Source: Asterias rubens (lineage: Eukaryota). From it: DNA of 64,000 nt. The translations under genes were made by a program, and so were the position numbers. Location of the stretch: contig NC_047079.1 in assembly GCF_902459465.1 (NCBI RefSeq), positions 8,370,001-8,434,000 of the forward strand, read 5' to 3'. This document shows positions 46,309 through 59,610 of this stretch, piece by piece. Under the pieces are notes generated by a model. The model had not been told where the DNA came from and did not search any database. It saw only the letters and a list, made by a program, of their open reading frames with translations. Each line of letters opens with the position of its first letter. Position 1 is the first letter of the stretch.

Positions 46309-49058
46309 TTTTTGTTTGTTCTGAGCCTAAATAAAACCCAAAGGAAAAGGATGACACATTGTGTAAACAAACAACAGTTGCAGCTCGTAAACTGAAATAA
46401 AACAGAAACAAATTGTAGCAAGGAAAATGTCTCTAATCAGAAATGCCCTTTATAAGTTAGTTATATGATAATTGACTAGTTTTAACGTAGCCCCCTTTCC
46501 AGTCAAACACCTCGCCCCCTAATTCTTTTTAAATTTAGTTTTATAAGCTGTGACCTTAATTTCTTAGAGCTAGCTAAGTAGTTAACCATTCAATTTGTGG
46601 GTCAACTCTTTTAGATAAAACCACTAAGTGGTGTGACCTCCATGTTACCCGTAACCTCCGGGCTTTTCGTAACTAAATAAAAACTGTATTCAAGAAACAC
46701 AATTATTTCTTCATTGTATAGCATTGTATAGCGACCTATTTCAATAAAGTCTCGACACAGTTAATTAATGGCCACTTACAAGAGGATCCACTTAGTTATA
46801 GGAAAGGGGTACGAAAAACCCTGAATTGTTCGAATTGCTCACCCCCTCTTTCTCTCTCTGCGTTTCAAAAGTTTCTGGAGGGGATTGGTTTTTTTGCGGC
46901 ATAACTTGGTTTCATGGACATCCGTACATTAACGACAATGAAATGGAACGAGTGAAGTATATTGGGGTAAATTTTTTTACTTGAATAAAACTACTCAATC
47001 CCCAAGTAGTTTCCAAACGAACATGCATCATGCACCGATATGTCCTACATGGAAGATTGTGTGCGACGAAAATTGTGAACCATTGTTTCAAACAAACCAT
47101 TATATCTGACTCATTATTTCATACAAAGTGTCTGCTGTCCAACATCCAAATCTACATGTAACAGTGTGCAGATCACCAATGTGTCCTAATATTGGCAACC
47201 ATAAAACAGACCTGTGAAGAATTGGTTTAGTCCTGAAGTCTTTCCATATTCAAAATAGTTATAAAACCACGCTACTTCAGAGGGAGTCGTTTCTAATGTC
47301 ATACTATGGCCCATTACTATTGTAAGTTGTCACTTTGAGTAATTATCCAATGTGCGTTGCCTTTGAGCAATTTTAGACCGAAACATGGCGGAGAAAACAA
47401 CTAAGATTAGTGGCATACATAAGGGTAACCCTTCATGTCACAAACTGAAGATAATTGTTGGTAAAGAATAATAGGCAAAGTCCATTTCAATAAGTCCGAA
47501 ACATCAGATAAGAGCCTTTAACCCTTCGTTGGATTTCAACGTGGCCACTGGCTGTCCAGCCCATGGATGGATTTCACAAAGAGTTAAGACCACACTTATA
47601 TGGACTTAGGACGAGCTAACTCGTCTTAACTTAGGACTGTAGCCTTAAATATTTAATAACTCCTAGGACTAGTCCTAAGTTATGACTAGTACATGTATAG
47701 TGTATACAAATATATTCTTTGTTATGAATAATTTGATTACAAAGTCTGTGAAGTATTACCGCAGCTTCTCAAAAATTTGGGGCATAAAAACTGATATATT
47801 TGTCCATTACTTTGAGTGAAATGCTTAAGACATGCTTTATACTGTCGGAAGCTAACTGTAGGCTTCTAACCAGCAGTTTTGGTTGCCATTAATTTACAAA
47901 TGCTAATCATAAGCCTAACCTACCCTTTAAAGTCCGTTGGGCGAAGTGTCCCTAAAAAATCAAATGCAACGAAATATTGATTACAAACCCGTGTACAACT
48001 ACAGGGATGTGTTCTTATTTTTATTCACGACATCGCGAATCAATGCACGTGACCATGAAGTGGCTTACATAACCTCCTGTAACCAAACATTTAATTGACG
48101 AAACATCTCGACAGAACCACTATTTATATAATGGTTATTTTGTTGTCTCTGGGACAGTTTTTCAAATTCCATGGCCAATCACAAACTATGGGTCTAGGAA
48201 TCAATCAGTACGATCAAGATCGGTACGTGGGATTTGGCGAAATGGCCGCAATAACAAAAATGAAACAGGAAACGAACCCAGAGGGCACATCAAATTGATA
48301 CCACAGTGACATTGTGTTTTATTTTTGTCCTAGAAGTGGGGCACGTTTTAAAACTTATCAAGGTGTCAGTTTAAAGAACATGTTTAACCTGACATGAAAT
48401 AAAAAAATGTGAAAGCTCAATAGGTCATCCGAGTCATGAGAAAACAGTGAAAATAAAAAATTAAATGTTTCACTGTTTTCGAACATCGGGTATTGGCCGG
48501 ACGCGCGCAGTAAAATAACATATGGTGTTTTAATTTCCTACAAACTACCACTATTTCAACTATTTCAACGAAGGTTTTCTACCATGACAATATTTTCACA
48601 AATTTTAAAGTCTTGTCCAAATCTGTGAATATTAATATTTTCAATCTACCCAATGGTGTACACACACTGCAGCCTGATGGTTTTATATGAACATTATAAT
48701 AAAATCGTCAACTGATCATAATAGGCCATTATGCAGAATCTGCCAAACAAAATTTTCATTGTAAACAAAACAACCATTTTAAAGAATGTTGGTCGGTTCA
48801 AAAACAAATTAAAATGCGCACAAATTATCCACCTCGCTGGGTGTGTAATGCGCAGTAACAACCATCTTAGTATTACGCGGCAGAGAGTTCCAGATGCGTG
48901 ACGTAGCTGAAGAAGAAGACCTGTCGCCCCAGGAGTCTTGCTTTGTGTGAGTCAAGTGAAAAAGGTGAAGCATATTACTTTGGTGGGATTCGAACCAATG
49001 ACGATAATCTGGACTGAATGAGAATATTAATTTGATGTCAATGTGTTTGATTACAGCG

Positions 49059-50030
49059 ATGGGAGACGAGGAGGCATCCCCAGTTTGGTTTAACATCTTA
49101 AGATCGATCCTCTTAACCATCACAACCCTCCTTATCATAGGAGGAAACTCATTCTGCATCATTGTCCTCCGTCATGTCCAAGGCATCAGTGACATCACCA
49201 AGTTATTTATGGCATCTTTAGCAGTATCTGACTTAACTGCAGGTATCTTCATCGCCGTGCCAATGATCGCATCCACTGCTATGGATTGGTGGCCGTATGG
49301 CCAAGCCGTCTGCGGTATCTACGGTATAGGTAAATACGTCATTTATTACAGTGGACTACTGTCTCTCCTCATGGTAACGGTCGAGAGATACATCATGGTG
49401 GTATGGCCATTACGTTATCCGGATATCGTGACGTTGTTTCGTGCTCGGGTAACAGTGGTGTGCATCTGGTTGATTGCGTTCGGAATCGCCATGTTCTTTG
49501 GGTTCAGTGTGAATTTCAAAGTGGAAGTTGACGATGACGAAGACAACTGTAGCCTTGATACAAAGAAAACCGATTTCTGGCATTACCCTCTCAAGTACAT
49601 GGCTGTTGCATTTATCATTATCCCTTTAGTAACAGTGATGTTATTGTATACACACATATTGCTGATTGCACGTCAACAGATTCGCCAGATTGCATTAATC
49701 ACTACATCGATGCCCCTGACTGAGACTGATCGAATCAACGCCAATACCAGGCGATCCAACCGCAAAGCTGCCGGTACTTTCTTGATAGTGACCCTCGCCT
49801 TTGGGCTGGCGTGGATGCCCTCTGCAATCCGGAAACTCAACAAACTTGCCACGGGTAACTCTGACACTATGTACACAGAATTCCTAGCTCGATTGTGCAT
49901 GCTCACCAACAGTTGGCTCAATGTTTTCGTCTACTATTTCCGAAATGAGAGTTTCAAATCTACAGCAAGGCGATTTATTGACAAAACGCTTGGCCGAAGA
50001 GGTATGGACGATATCATGGTCAGTTATTAG
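49059..50030 (+). CDS. Intronless class A (rhodopsin-family) orphan GPCR, about 323 aa
   Basis: Single ORF with 7 hydrophobic segments: GGN (TM1), LAVSDL (TM2), C...ERY (TM3), YP in ICL2, IIPL (TM5), AWMP (TM6), NSWLNVFVYYFRN (TM7). The ATG at 49059 follows a likely 5'-UTR acceptor (ttacag). Confidence 0.9.
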   Translation: MGDEEASPVWFNILRSILLTITTLLIIGGNSFCIIVLRHVQGISDITKLFMASLAVSDLTAGIFIAVPMIASTAMDWWPYGQAVCGIYGIGKYVIYYSGLLSLLMVTVERYIMVVWPLRYPDIVTLFRARVTVVCIWLIAFGIAMFFGFSVNFKVEVDDDEDNCSLDTKKTDFWHYPLKYMAVAFIIIPLVTVMLLYTHILLIARQQIRQIALITTSMPLTETDRINANTRRSNRKAAGTFLIVTLAFGLAWMPSAIRKLNKLATGNSDTMYTEFLARLCMLTNSWLNVFVYYFRNESFKSTARRFIDKTLGRRGMDDIMVSY

Positions 50031-50587
50031 AATTAAAAGCTGTACACAACACCATTGGGTTTACACAGAGACGTTAATGCAAACCTGGTTATTTTTTATA
50101 GCATTGATGTTGTTGAACTATTTACGCCTTAAGCTCGGTTCATGACTTTTTGACGGTCCATTTTCTCAGTTCTCGACAGTAGTGTTCGTGCTCAGACATA
50201 TGCGTAAATACTGAGCATGACGCACGCTCACAGCTGCAAAACAGGACACTTGTGTCTGCTGCCACCAGCGTTTCAAAATTGAATTTTACAGTTTCTTTCT
50301 CTAAGTTTATATTTTGACCCAAACATCAGGGGAGTACGTTGTCAATAAAACAATAATATGGCCCTACTTTAAATAGCCACAAGCAGTTTGTGTGTTTGCT
50401 ATTCTAAAGTTATTACTTAGTATAGACACAAGATAAACAGCTGTGAACGAACTACTATCGCACTATCTATCCAACACCAAGTAGGCTACAGTATAGGCCC
50501 TTGTTGGGGGGGGGGGGGCGGGGTGGGGGCAAGAAACTACGAGCTGTAGTATTGTTTGAAGCATTGCATGGTGTGGGGAAATAGGAA

Positions 50588-50885
50588 GAAAGAATAAATA
50601 AATAGAAACTTGCGGGTACAACCATGTGTAAATCTCTTAGGAAGAAAGAATAAATAAATAGAAACTTGCGGGTACAACCATGTGTAAATCTCTTAGGGTG
50701 AATGATGGTTCTGAGAAGAGCCGATGTGGTCTCGACGTTTCGAACAATATACTCTACTCGTCTTCAGGAGAATGCTGGACTGCTGGTCGAGACCACACCG
50801 GCTCTTTTCAGAGCCAACACTCACACAAAAGAGGTTTACATGGTTGTACCCGCAAGTTTACTATTTATTTATAGTTTCTTCCTAT
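50588..50885. mobile_element. Penelope-like pseudo-LTR remnant, inverted and partly tandem, with a minimal hammerhead-like motif
   Basis: gagaccacaccggctcttttcagagcc...catggttgtacccgcaagttt is present in both orientations head-to-head, and the left tail is duplicated. The minus strand carries CTGAAGA-stem-GAAACGTC. The Penelope assignment is an inference from this architecture. Confidence 0.65.
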
Positions 50886-51239
50886 GTACGAGCTGTAATC
50901 AGTAAACTTTGGTCAAACCGCTATTAAAGAAAATATCAAAATGAGAAGCAAAAATATGGGCTAAGTGTTTGACAAGGCTACTATATATCCGATCAATCTG
51001 CACGTTTTAAATTTCAATCTGTTATTTCTTCGGATTAAATTTGTTTTAGTTCTGGATGATACTATATCCTCGACACAAAATGACTTTCTCGATTCTGTTT
51101 ATATGGCTGTCTTGAAGGACAAATTAGAGTCAGTCCAGCACAATTTCAATGGTGTTGGCTTTAGCCTGCAACAAAGTTATGAATAATTTAATATCCAACA
51201 TCTGTTAATACCCATGTAAAGATCGAGTGGTCAGAAATA

Positions 51240-52200
51240 GTGTCTGCCACGTTAAATAGATAGATATAAACGTTTATTCAATGTTGCAAATAGTGTATAA
51301 TACAGAGTAATATGGACAAAATAGCACAAAATATATTATAATTTGATTTGAGAACGTTTATACATAATTTATTTGCTAAAAGCCAAGAAGTGATTACCCT
51401 GAGCTCAATATTAAGGTTCTGCACAGCTAAGTCTACATTTTTATCTGAATACAACAAACTTGTGTCATCTGCAAACAAACAAAAAGTTTTTTTTTCTGAT
51501 GTATTGCAGATGTCATTAATGTACAAGATAAATAATAAGGGACCCAGAGTGGAGCCTTGAGGTACACCGCAAGTAATAGGCCGTTCAGTAGATTTTACAG
51601 AATTGTACAAAACATATTGGGATCTATTACATAAGTAACTTTAAAACAAGTCAAGCGCTATTCCTCGGACACCATAATGTTCTAATTTACACATCAAGAT
51701 AGCATGGTAAACTGTGTCAAAAAAAACTCCAGCTGTTATAGATTTATTAATTAAAGATGTCAGTTAGCGGCTTAGCCAGGGAGTACTTAGCCTGCTTAAT
51801 AACACAGGAGTTCAATTCATCAAATCCAGATGCCTTTCCAGACGGAAACTTGTTTAGAGTGTCTACAATTTCTCCTTGCGTAATGGGTGTCAAGAAGAGT
51901 GAATTCGAACATCTTGCACCAAGGAATGTTTCAACAGGGGTGTTACATAATGGTAGCTTGCTGGCAAGGTTACTCCCTATGTCAACAAAGTACTTGTTAA
52001 AGGCATCAGCAATGTCTTTGCTAGCAGTAATTTTGTTATTGTCATCAGTACAAAAATAAGTGGGATTCAAACTTTGTTTATGCTTATTGAGTAATGAATT
52101 TATAAATTTCCATATACCTTTGATGTTATTTTTTCCCTGATTAAATTTTGTGCACAAGTAATTCTTCTTAGCTAATTTTACAACAGTGTTCAATAACGTT
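51240..52200 (-). mobile_element. Degenerate LINE (CR1/L2-group) ORF2 fragment
   Basis: GVPQGSTLGPLLFILYIND and FADDT RT motifs (51278-51610). The upstream block IADAFNKYFVDIG...KASGFDEL...LAKPLTDIFN (51747-52193) is interrupted by stops and frameshifts. Confidence 0.85.
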
Positions 52201-55200
52201 GCGTGAAACCTCTTTATTTCCTATACAAGAATAATTAATGTTTGTTCAATCAAATCATCTGTGTGATGTTGTACCTGAGTCATTACGTACTCCAGCTTAG
52301 CTAAAGCTATAATGTTCGTGAAAAAGGTAGTCCTACGGGATTTGTCATCGTCGCGGTTGAGGAGCGAAGTGAAGTTTAAGATGATATAAGGCCATTCACC
52401 ATAAACATTTACCGTCTGAAATTATCAAACTTCAAACGTATGAAGAAAAACATTCTTGTTTCGTGAAACTGCATGCAGCGAGCGCCAACGAGCCGAAAGG
52501 ACGCATTTTGACATTGACCATGAAAGTAAAAGACGACCAAGATGGCACGCAATCTTCTGGAACATGTTTCAACGCCGGGGCACTATAGCACTTCAGGTGG
52601 TTGCGAAGTGTGGACAAACATGCTGGACTATTATGTTATTAGGCTACCACTTGTAAGCACTATCGCATCATAATTACTTAACAGGGGAGGTATGTTTACA
52701 GTCCATTACAGCTTGTAAGTTGTAAGTTCATTAGTAACAAATTATTGATAAATGGTTCACAAACATACCCAAAATGAGTCCGTTCTTCCCCCGCCATAGC
52801 TGTAAGAAGTTGTAGTGGCGTTACACTGCTACACCGTGACCTTCCCTTAAAATAGCGAAGTTGTTATTTATCGCTTGAATGTCCACAACAAAGTAATAGG
52901 TCAACCGTCTGTTTACAAAAAAGAAAGTTGAAACTTAGCCAACAACTTTCTTCCCCCAAGAAACCGGTAATAAATTCTCCAGGTGTCTTTCCTCACCTAT
53001 TGACAAATTTCACGGGTCAAAGATGGTGTTTGTCAAGCATGAACAGCTTGGTTTCCAATTAACATAACTCGATCTCTCCTTCAAACAAACAAACATAGAA
53101 TCTATGTGATACACATGTTATTGTGTTTTAGGATACGAGTGCTGTTTCCATAGAGCTAGGGTCCTAGCTCTATGCTGTTTCTAACAGGGAATGCAATGTG
53201 ACAGAAGTAATTTATTATGTTTCAATTGAACGATGTGCAAGATCTGAGCCCTTTATACAACTGTGTGTTGTATATAAGGATTAAAAGGAACAACTATTGG
53301 TTACTCAAAATAATTGTTAGCTCTAGGTCCTTTGATACATCTGAGATGATCTTAGTGATCTTTATACAAAAATATGATCTTAATAAATCCATCAATGAAA
53401 ATAACACGACAGAAGTTGAACTTACCATGGATAGCAGACCAAGCTAGTGGAAGAGGTTGAAAATAAGGAAAGTTGAAATAGAGAGAACAGAGTAAGGCGT
53501 ATGTTATGTCTTCTGATCTAGCGCCCTCTTTTGAATCCTCCTCCTACATCCCATGATGATTGAGAAACCGAATCTCCGGCGGACAGAATTCCCCGTGACA
53601 CCGGTCTCCAATCTGAAGAATAAGTCTGTCCATATGAAACAAACGAGTGGAGATTTGTCCCGTTTCTCACGGCAAATTCATAATGCAGAGCACAATCTGC
53701 AGTTCAAAGAATATCTCAAAATATCTCCATCTTTTACGTCAGATTTTATTTACAAAACAGACTATCTATCTATCTGGGTACTCCCCTCTCTGCATGACAC
53801 TGCTGTGACCGATAGTAAAGAATGCTAAGCATGTGCCCCGCCTTGCAAAGGGAAGCTCGCTCTTTTACCCAACAAGCCTTGCACGCAGCACATTATGACG
53901 CAATGCCCATTCAAAGCTCCCGCGACGAAAGAATACAAAACAAACAAACAAACAAACCTTCAACCTAGTGTGTTGATATGACTATTGTCAAACCTGAAAA
54001 TTAAACTCGTACTAGTCCACAGTTATAAATACAACAACAAAACACATCATGACCGGTGTCGCATGTAATAATAAGTCCTCTATGCAATGCTATCCGGAGG
54101 ACATTATTCAATAATATGCAATAATGTCCGCCGGACGGTTTTGCATATGCAATCGTGTCCGCACGGACGCTGCTGCATAATGCAATTGTGTACGCACGGA
54201 CACATTTGCATATGCAGTTGTGTCCGCCCCCGTGCAAAACCGTCCTTGCAGTAAATTGGGTATTCGCCGCAATCATAAAAATACGTGAATATTCATGCTG
54301 CATATGCACGCCCGCTTACGCGCGCACATACACGTATACAGTCATGTCGTCACCGGACACGATTGCGCATGCAAAAGTGTCCGGAGCGGACAGTATTGCA
54401 TGGCGGACCCAATTGCATCTGACACCGTTGACCCTACGTCAATGCCCCATTCATAATCAACTTTCACCTACATTCATTTGACATAAGCCCTTTTCGAAAC
54501 GACTGGATTTGGCTTTGGATTCGCAGGATAGCTTGGCTTTGGGCATTCGCGCTTAGGGCTTCAGACGAGAAAACGGAACCTCAAGCCGAATCCACAGCCG
54601 ATCGCCGTGGATTCGAAAAGGGCCATAGAGTCGTCCTGTAGTAATTATAGGAAACACATACACTCTGTAAACGATCCAAATCACCTCTACTCGGACCAAT
54701 CAAACATGCAAAGATATACACAATTAACGTCACTCGTTTCGTCATTGAAATTATTGTATCCAATGAAATCACTGCTCCTCATCACTGCGGCCTTCTCTTT
54801 CTTGTGAAGCTAGTTTTATTCGCCAGAAGAGGGCGCAACACCGGAATTGGGGTGCAGCACATTTAATAAATTTTAAAATCACTTTCAAGTCTCGGACCTC
54901 ATACCATTTTTCCACATGCTAAAACCAATCAAATAAATGCTCCGAAAAGTAAACTTCCAAAATGCACAGTTGCTAAGGGCGTCCTTTATTACGTTAAACC
55001 CACAATGACCTGTTTTTCTACTTCTTGAGTATTATTTATCTACATGTTTTCCTGAACCCCGAATAAATACCGACTGAACAAACACAAAAACCAAGAGGGC
55101 TGCTGGGTATGGCAGCCATTTTGAATTCCTAATTAACACCATCACAAGAGACATTATTTCCATTTCATAAATATGAAGAAAAAAGAAAGGAAAAAACCCC

Positions 55201-56189
55201 ACCCACTAGAGATTAGCCAAGCCGCTTGTCCCAAAGCTGTGCAAACGAATGCCATGGTAACAGCAGCCCGATGAAACTAACACTTTCACAATATTAATTA
55301 GTGATGATCTGATGCAAGTTAAATGTTACGGGCAACAATAATTATGGTAGGCGGGCTGCATAATGTCGCCCCTCCCCGGTCCCTGACAGGGTTCGTAAGA
55401 AGAGGACGCACCGACCCAGCATTAGAGTCACAATAATGACACGCGTCGGCCCCTGCTGCGCAGTTCGGCTAGTCCAAAGCTGTCCGTGCTTTATATCCAG
55501 CTCAGTTCCGATAAAATCCATGCATATTAAGTAGGACAATGTATTTGCTATCGAGGCTGCTCTTTAACGCCATTATGCCCATGCTGTTGTATAGCTGTAA
55601 GACAACAGAGCCCACATTCGTAAAGCTGCGAAGCACAACAATTGCTAAGCATGATTTGTCTTCCTTGATAAAAAACAAGATTACCAACCATTTCCATGTT
55701 GTTGCATATTGATTGTTACTGGTATTCAGCTGTTGTTCGCTTATCCTGAAAATCATGTGGAAATTTGGTTGGTATTCCTGTTTGTATCAAAGACAACCAG
55801 TTCATGTTAAGCAAATAGTTGTGCTTAGCAGCTCTATGATATTTGGCTTTTATTGCTTTTTGCGTCTTTCTTACTCATGACTGAATCATAGATCAGGGTC
55901 GACACTGTTACATTACTCTAAGCGTTGATGAAATAATGAACGAACAAACCAACCATTAACAAAAGGCAAAACCAACCAACCCCTTCAAGCAGAATGGCTT
56001 CTACCATTTATTATCTGCTTCCATATGGTAATAAAACTGTGTACAATTAGGCCTAAAAATTAATATTAATCACACAACAACCACATGTGAGTTCACTTTT
56101 TAGTCAAAGAGTAGTCTTTTATTTGGGAAACAACATAATTATAAGCACACCAGTTGTTTTCATTTTATTTATAGTTATCCTTCAGCAGA

Positions 56190-58241
56190 ATGACTTCCAT
56201 AAAAACGCCGGCAATTTATTCGAATTTGTTGAAATTTTTTCTCTTGAGTTTATTTTTGGAGTGTACGGTTAGTGAATGGGTTGAGCCATCCAGACACGCA
56301 TACGTTGACCCTATAGATCGAGAACAACCATGGATTAGCTTCCAGCTGACCTTCATCCTCGAGAGGGGGACGGAGCAATGTTTCTTCCAGAAGGTCAAGA
56401 CTGGATTCAAGTTCCAACTTCATTACCATGTAAGTAATCAATTAAATTTACTGGACACATTATTGGTAATTGTCAAAGACCAGTATTCTCACTTGGTGTA
56501 TCCCAACATATGCATAAAATAAAAACAAATCTTTGAAAATGTTGACTTAATATTTGTCATTGTAGTTGCAAGAGAATATAATTAAAAAAAAAACACCCTA
56601 GGTTGTACAAATTTGTGTGCTTTCAGATGTCTAATTAAAGTCTTCAGGCTTTAAGTTTTTTTTTATTTGAGAGAGGAATTACCTCTTTCAAAATTTATGT
56701 TACTTCAGATGTTACTTCAGAGTTTTTCACAATGTGTTGCACCACCAACAGCTCCCCATTGCTCATAACCGAGTAACTGTTTATGCTAAATATTGTTTTG
56801 AATAATTACCATGGGCAGACTTCTTAAAGATTTAGGACTAGTCTTATCTCGAGTTAGAACGAGTTTAGGACTACCTTTAAGTTTTTTTTTTAAATATCTC
56901 CAAGTTCTAAAATCGATACCCGTGCCTTTAACAAGTTGTATTATAATTGTACTTTCAGGCGAGTAGCAGGGACGTTGAGCACAACATGCGAGTCATTATT
57001 AAGACCGATCGTGGCGAACGACTTTACACATCTTTTAACAATATTGAAGATGAGTTCGAGAGAGACGTCGACAAAGACGGTAATTCCCAACTAATAGAAA
57101 CAACATTCAAATATAAATATAGGCCGATCCACACTCTGTTAACTTATCGTTAAAGTGGACTCTAGTTATTCACTTATAAAATATAGAAACTCATTTAGGC
57201 ACATTACATAGTTTTTTTCTAACAAAACAGTTGCTGACATGCAGTGTAAGCAATTTATGTTATCCACCGTATAAATTGCATCAACTGATAAACATGTGGA
57301 AGTTTGAGATCGATGGCCAACTGGGTCACGAGAAATAGTGAAAAACCGATTTAAAATTGTGCATGACATCGATTAAAAATACATGAATAGGCCTAAACAC
57401 TCACTGAACGAGAAATTACTTTGATTTATTTCTCATCAAAATATGACATTTCAGACATAAATCTGTAACACAATTTATAAGTTAAGCAAACGCATGTATA
57501 GGAACAGTGTATTGTTAATTTCTCTCATTTGTTTGTCTTTGTGTTTACATTCAAGTGAGAGCTTGTTGATTTTTCTCACACCGGTGTTTTGTCAATATTT
57601 GTGTCAATTTTTAGAAACCTACAATTTGTGCTTCGGAAACTTCGCTTCTCGATACCATGCTAAGAAAGTTTCCATGACGATCGATATGTTTGAAGAAAAT
57701 ACTTTACAAAAGTATTTCACGTTGAAGGCAGAAACGGAGCACAACTTGGCCAATGCATCAGTAAGTATCGATAGAGAAATTCAAGACAACTTTCAATTTA
57801 GAACATTTCTTAAGCTTGTCATCATTGAACAACTTCAATGTGATGCCCCCCTCACATTCCTGTTCAGATCAGTTTTTGTACTGTGTTTCAATTTATTTAT
57901 TGTTTGTGATGTTATTTACGATCCCTTCCTTTCTCTGTGTATTATTCTATCCTACAGTAGTAATTTTAACTAGTTATTTTACATTTCTCTTATTGTGTCT
58001 TTATCAGGATTCAATCCAGAGAACATGGCGGCAAATGTTTCGCGTCTCAAGACAGCAGTATATGCTACGTTTCAGTACTGAGCTAGACACAATGCTACAA
58101 TCAAGTAATGCTGATTATATCTTATACTGGTCCATTGCCCAGGCAACTATTATAATATTGGCTGGTTTCATTCAAGTATGGACACTCCGAAGTTTCTTTA
58201 ATGTGAAGACTGTAACTCCAACACAGAAACCAAGGTGTTAG
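56190..58241 (+). CDS. TMED6-like: p24/TMED-family cargo receptor (GOLD, coiled coil, TM), TMED6-like
   Basis: Exons 56190-56429, 56959-57079, 57615-57760, 58008-58241; frame-consistent. Signal peptide; GOLD cysteines (TEQCFFQ, YNLCFGN); TM YWSIAQATIIILAGFIQVWTL; tail FFNVKTVTPTQKPRC*, resembling the human TMED6 end (...KPRC) as I recall it. Confidence 0.85.
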
Positions 58242-59467
58242 CTAACTATCTTTCTGAATTTAATAATAGATGTTAAATTTACATCGGGGATAAAAAATAT
58301 AAGGGGAGGTCAATTCTTAAACGGGTTCATCAAAAATTCGTTTCAGTTATCAATAGTTGTTAACTTTAGCATTACTTTATTCGAATTGTGTCTGTTATTA
58401 TGGTTCACCAAAAGGTCAAAGTTTTGTTTTAACAATTAATTTTCGGAGTAATCCATTGTTTACGTCATGTTGGTGATTGTTTGTTTGTTTGTCCGCTGTT
58501 TTTATTCGTTCTTCTCTTCTATTTATTTACTTTTTCTTCTTCAAACGGGCAGCAACTATTGTGCTGTTTCTCAGTGATGTTAATGATAGAAACCTTAAAA
58601 TTAACCTTTCTACTGCTGAAACTACCTTTATAATATCACCAGAGTTCTATAACAGAAGCTAAAACTGAACAAAAATATCATGACTGCAGTTTTCCATCAG
58701 CCCGATGGCTGCCTTGATATTGAAAGAGAAAACAAAACGACGGCACAACATAATTAATTGAATGCCGTTAGACCTTACAAAAATAGTTTCATCTATTAAG
58801 CAAATACACTGTTGCTCTACAGAGCTCAAAGTCCAACCTAAATTATATCTTATCTCTAGCATTTCATATTCATATTTTGTGCACTTATGTTAAACTTTTA
58901 ACTTAAATTATTAATAATATAAATGTTTGTCTTTATTAAAGGGGAGGATGGGGTTACTTTCTCGTGTTTTTGTTTTGTTTTCAAAAAGGTACACAAAGCC
59001 AACTCAACAATCAATTATCTTGTAATTTTATTACTTAATCGCCACAAAGTACATTACATTTCTGCTAAGAATAAAGCAGCATTATGATAACTGTGAAAGA
59101 AGACCTGTGAAAGAAGACACTTATCTGAATTGTACATGGAGTGACATTAAGTATTCAGAAAATGCTTACTGATTTGATATACACTGTACATGGATATGAA
59201 GAATTGAAGAATGTGTTGCATAATAATTGTTTAGGCAGTTTCAAGCTGTAACTTGACCGCAGAACCTACGTCACGGTGGGCCACAGTTTTAGATAACGCA
59301 AGTGTTTCGATTTATGAATTCCATAGGAAAGGGAGCACGAAAACGCCTATAGTTTTACCTCCATTGTTATACATGTAGGTTGTGAAGCAATGCAACCAAT
59401 GGACTATAAGACACCTCTAGTGTATACAACCAAGTACTGCAGACAATTACCCGAAGGCAACCAGGCA

Positions 59468-59610
59468 TCGATTTCACAAACAGTTAGGACTAACTTGGGA
59501 CTAGTCCTAGGAGATAGTAAAAACTTAAGGCTAGTCCTAAAGTTGGGTCGAGTAACTCGTCATAATAACCCGAGATAAGACTAGTCCCTTTACTCTTTGT
59601 GAAATCCAAC
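59468..59610. mobile_element. MITE family rich in ggactagtcc palindromes (also about 47567-47700, 56815-56910)
   Basis: gatttcacaaa...gttaggacta ... tactctttgtgaaatc inverted ends; repeated three times in the window. Confidence 0.55.
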
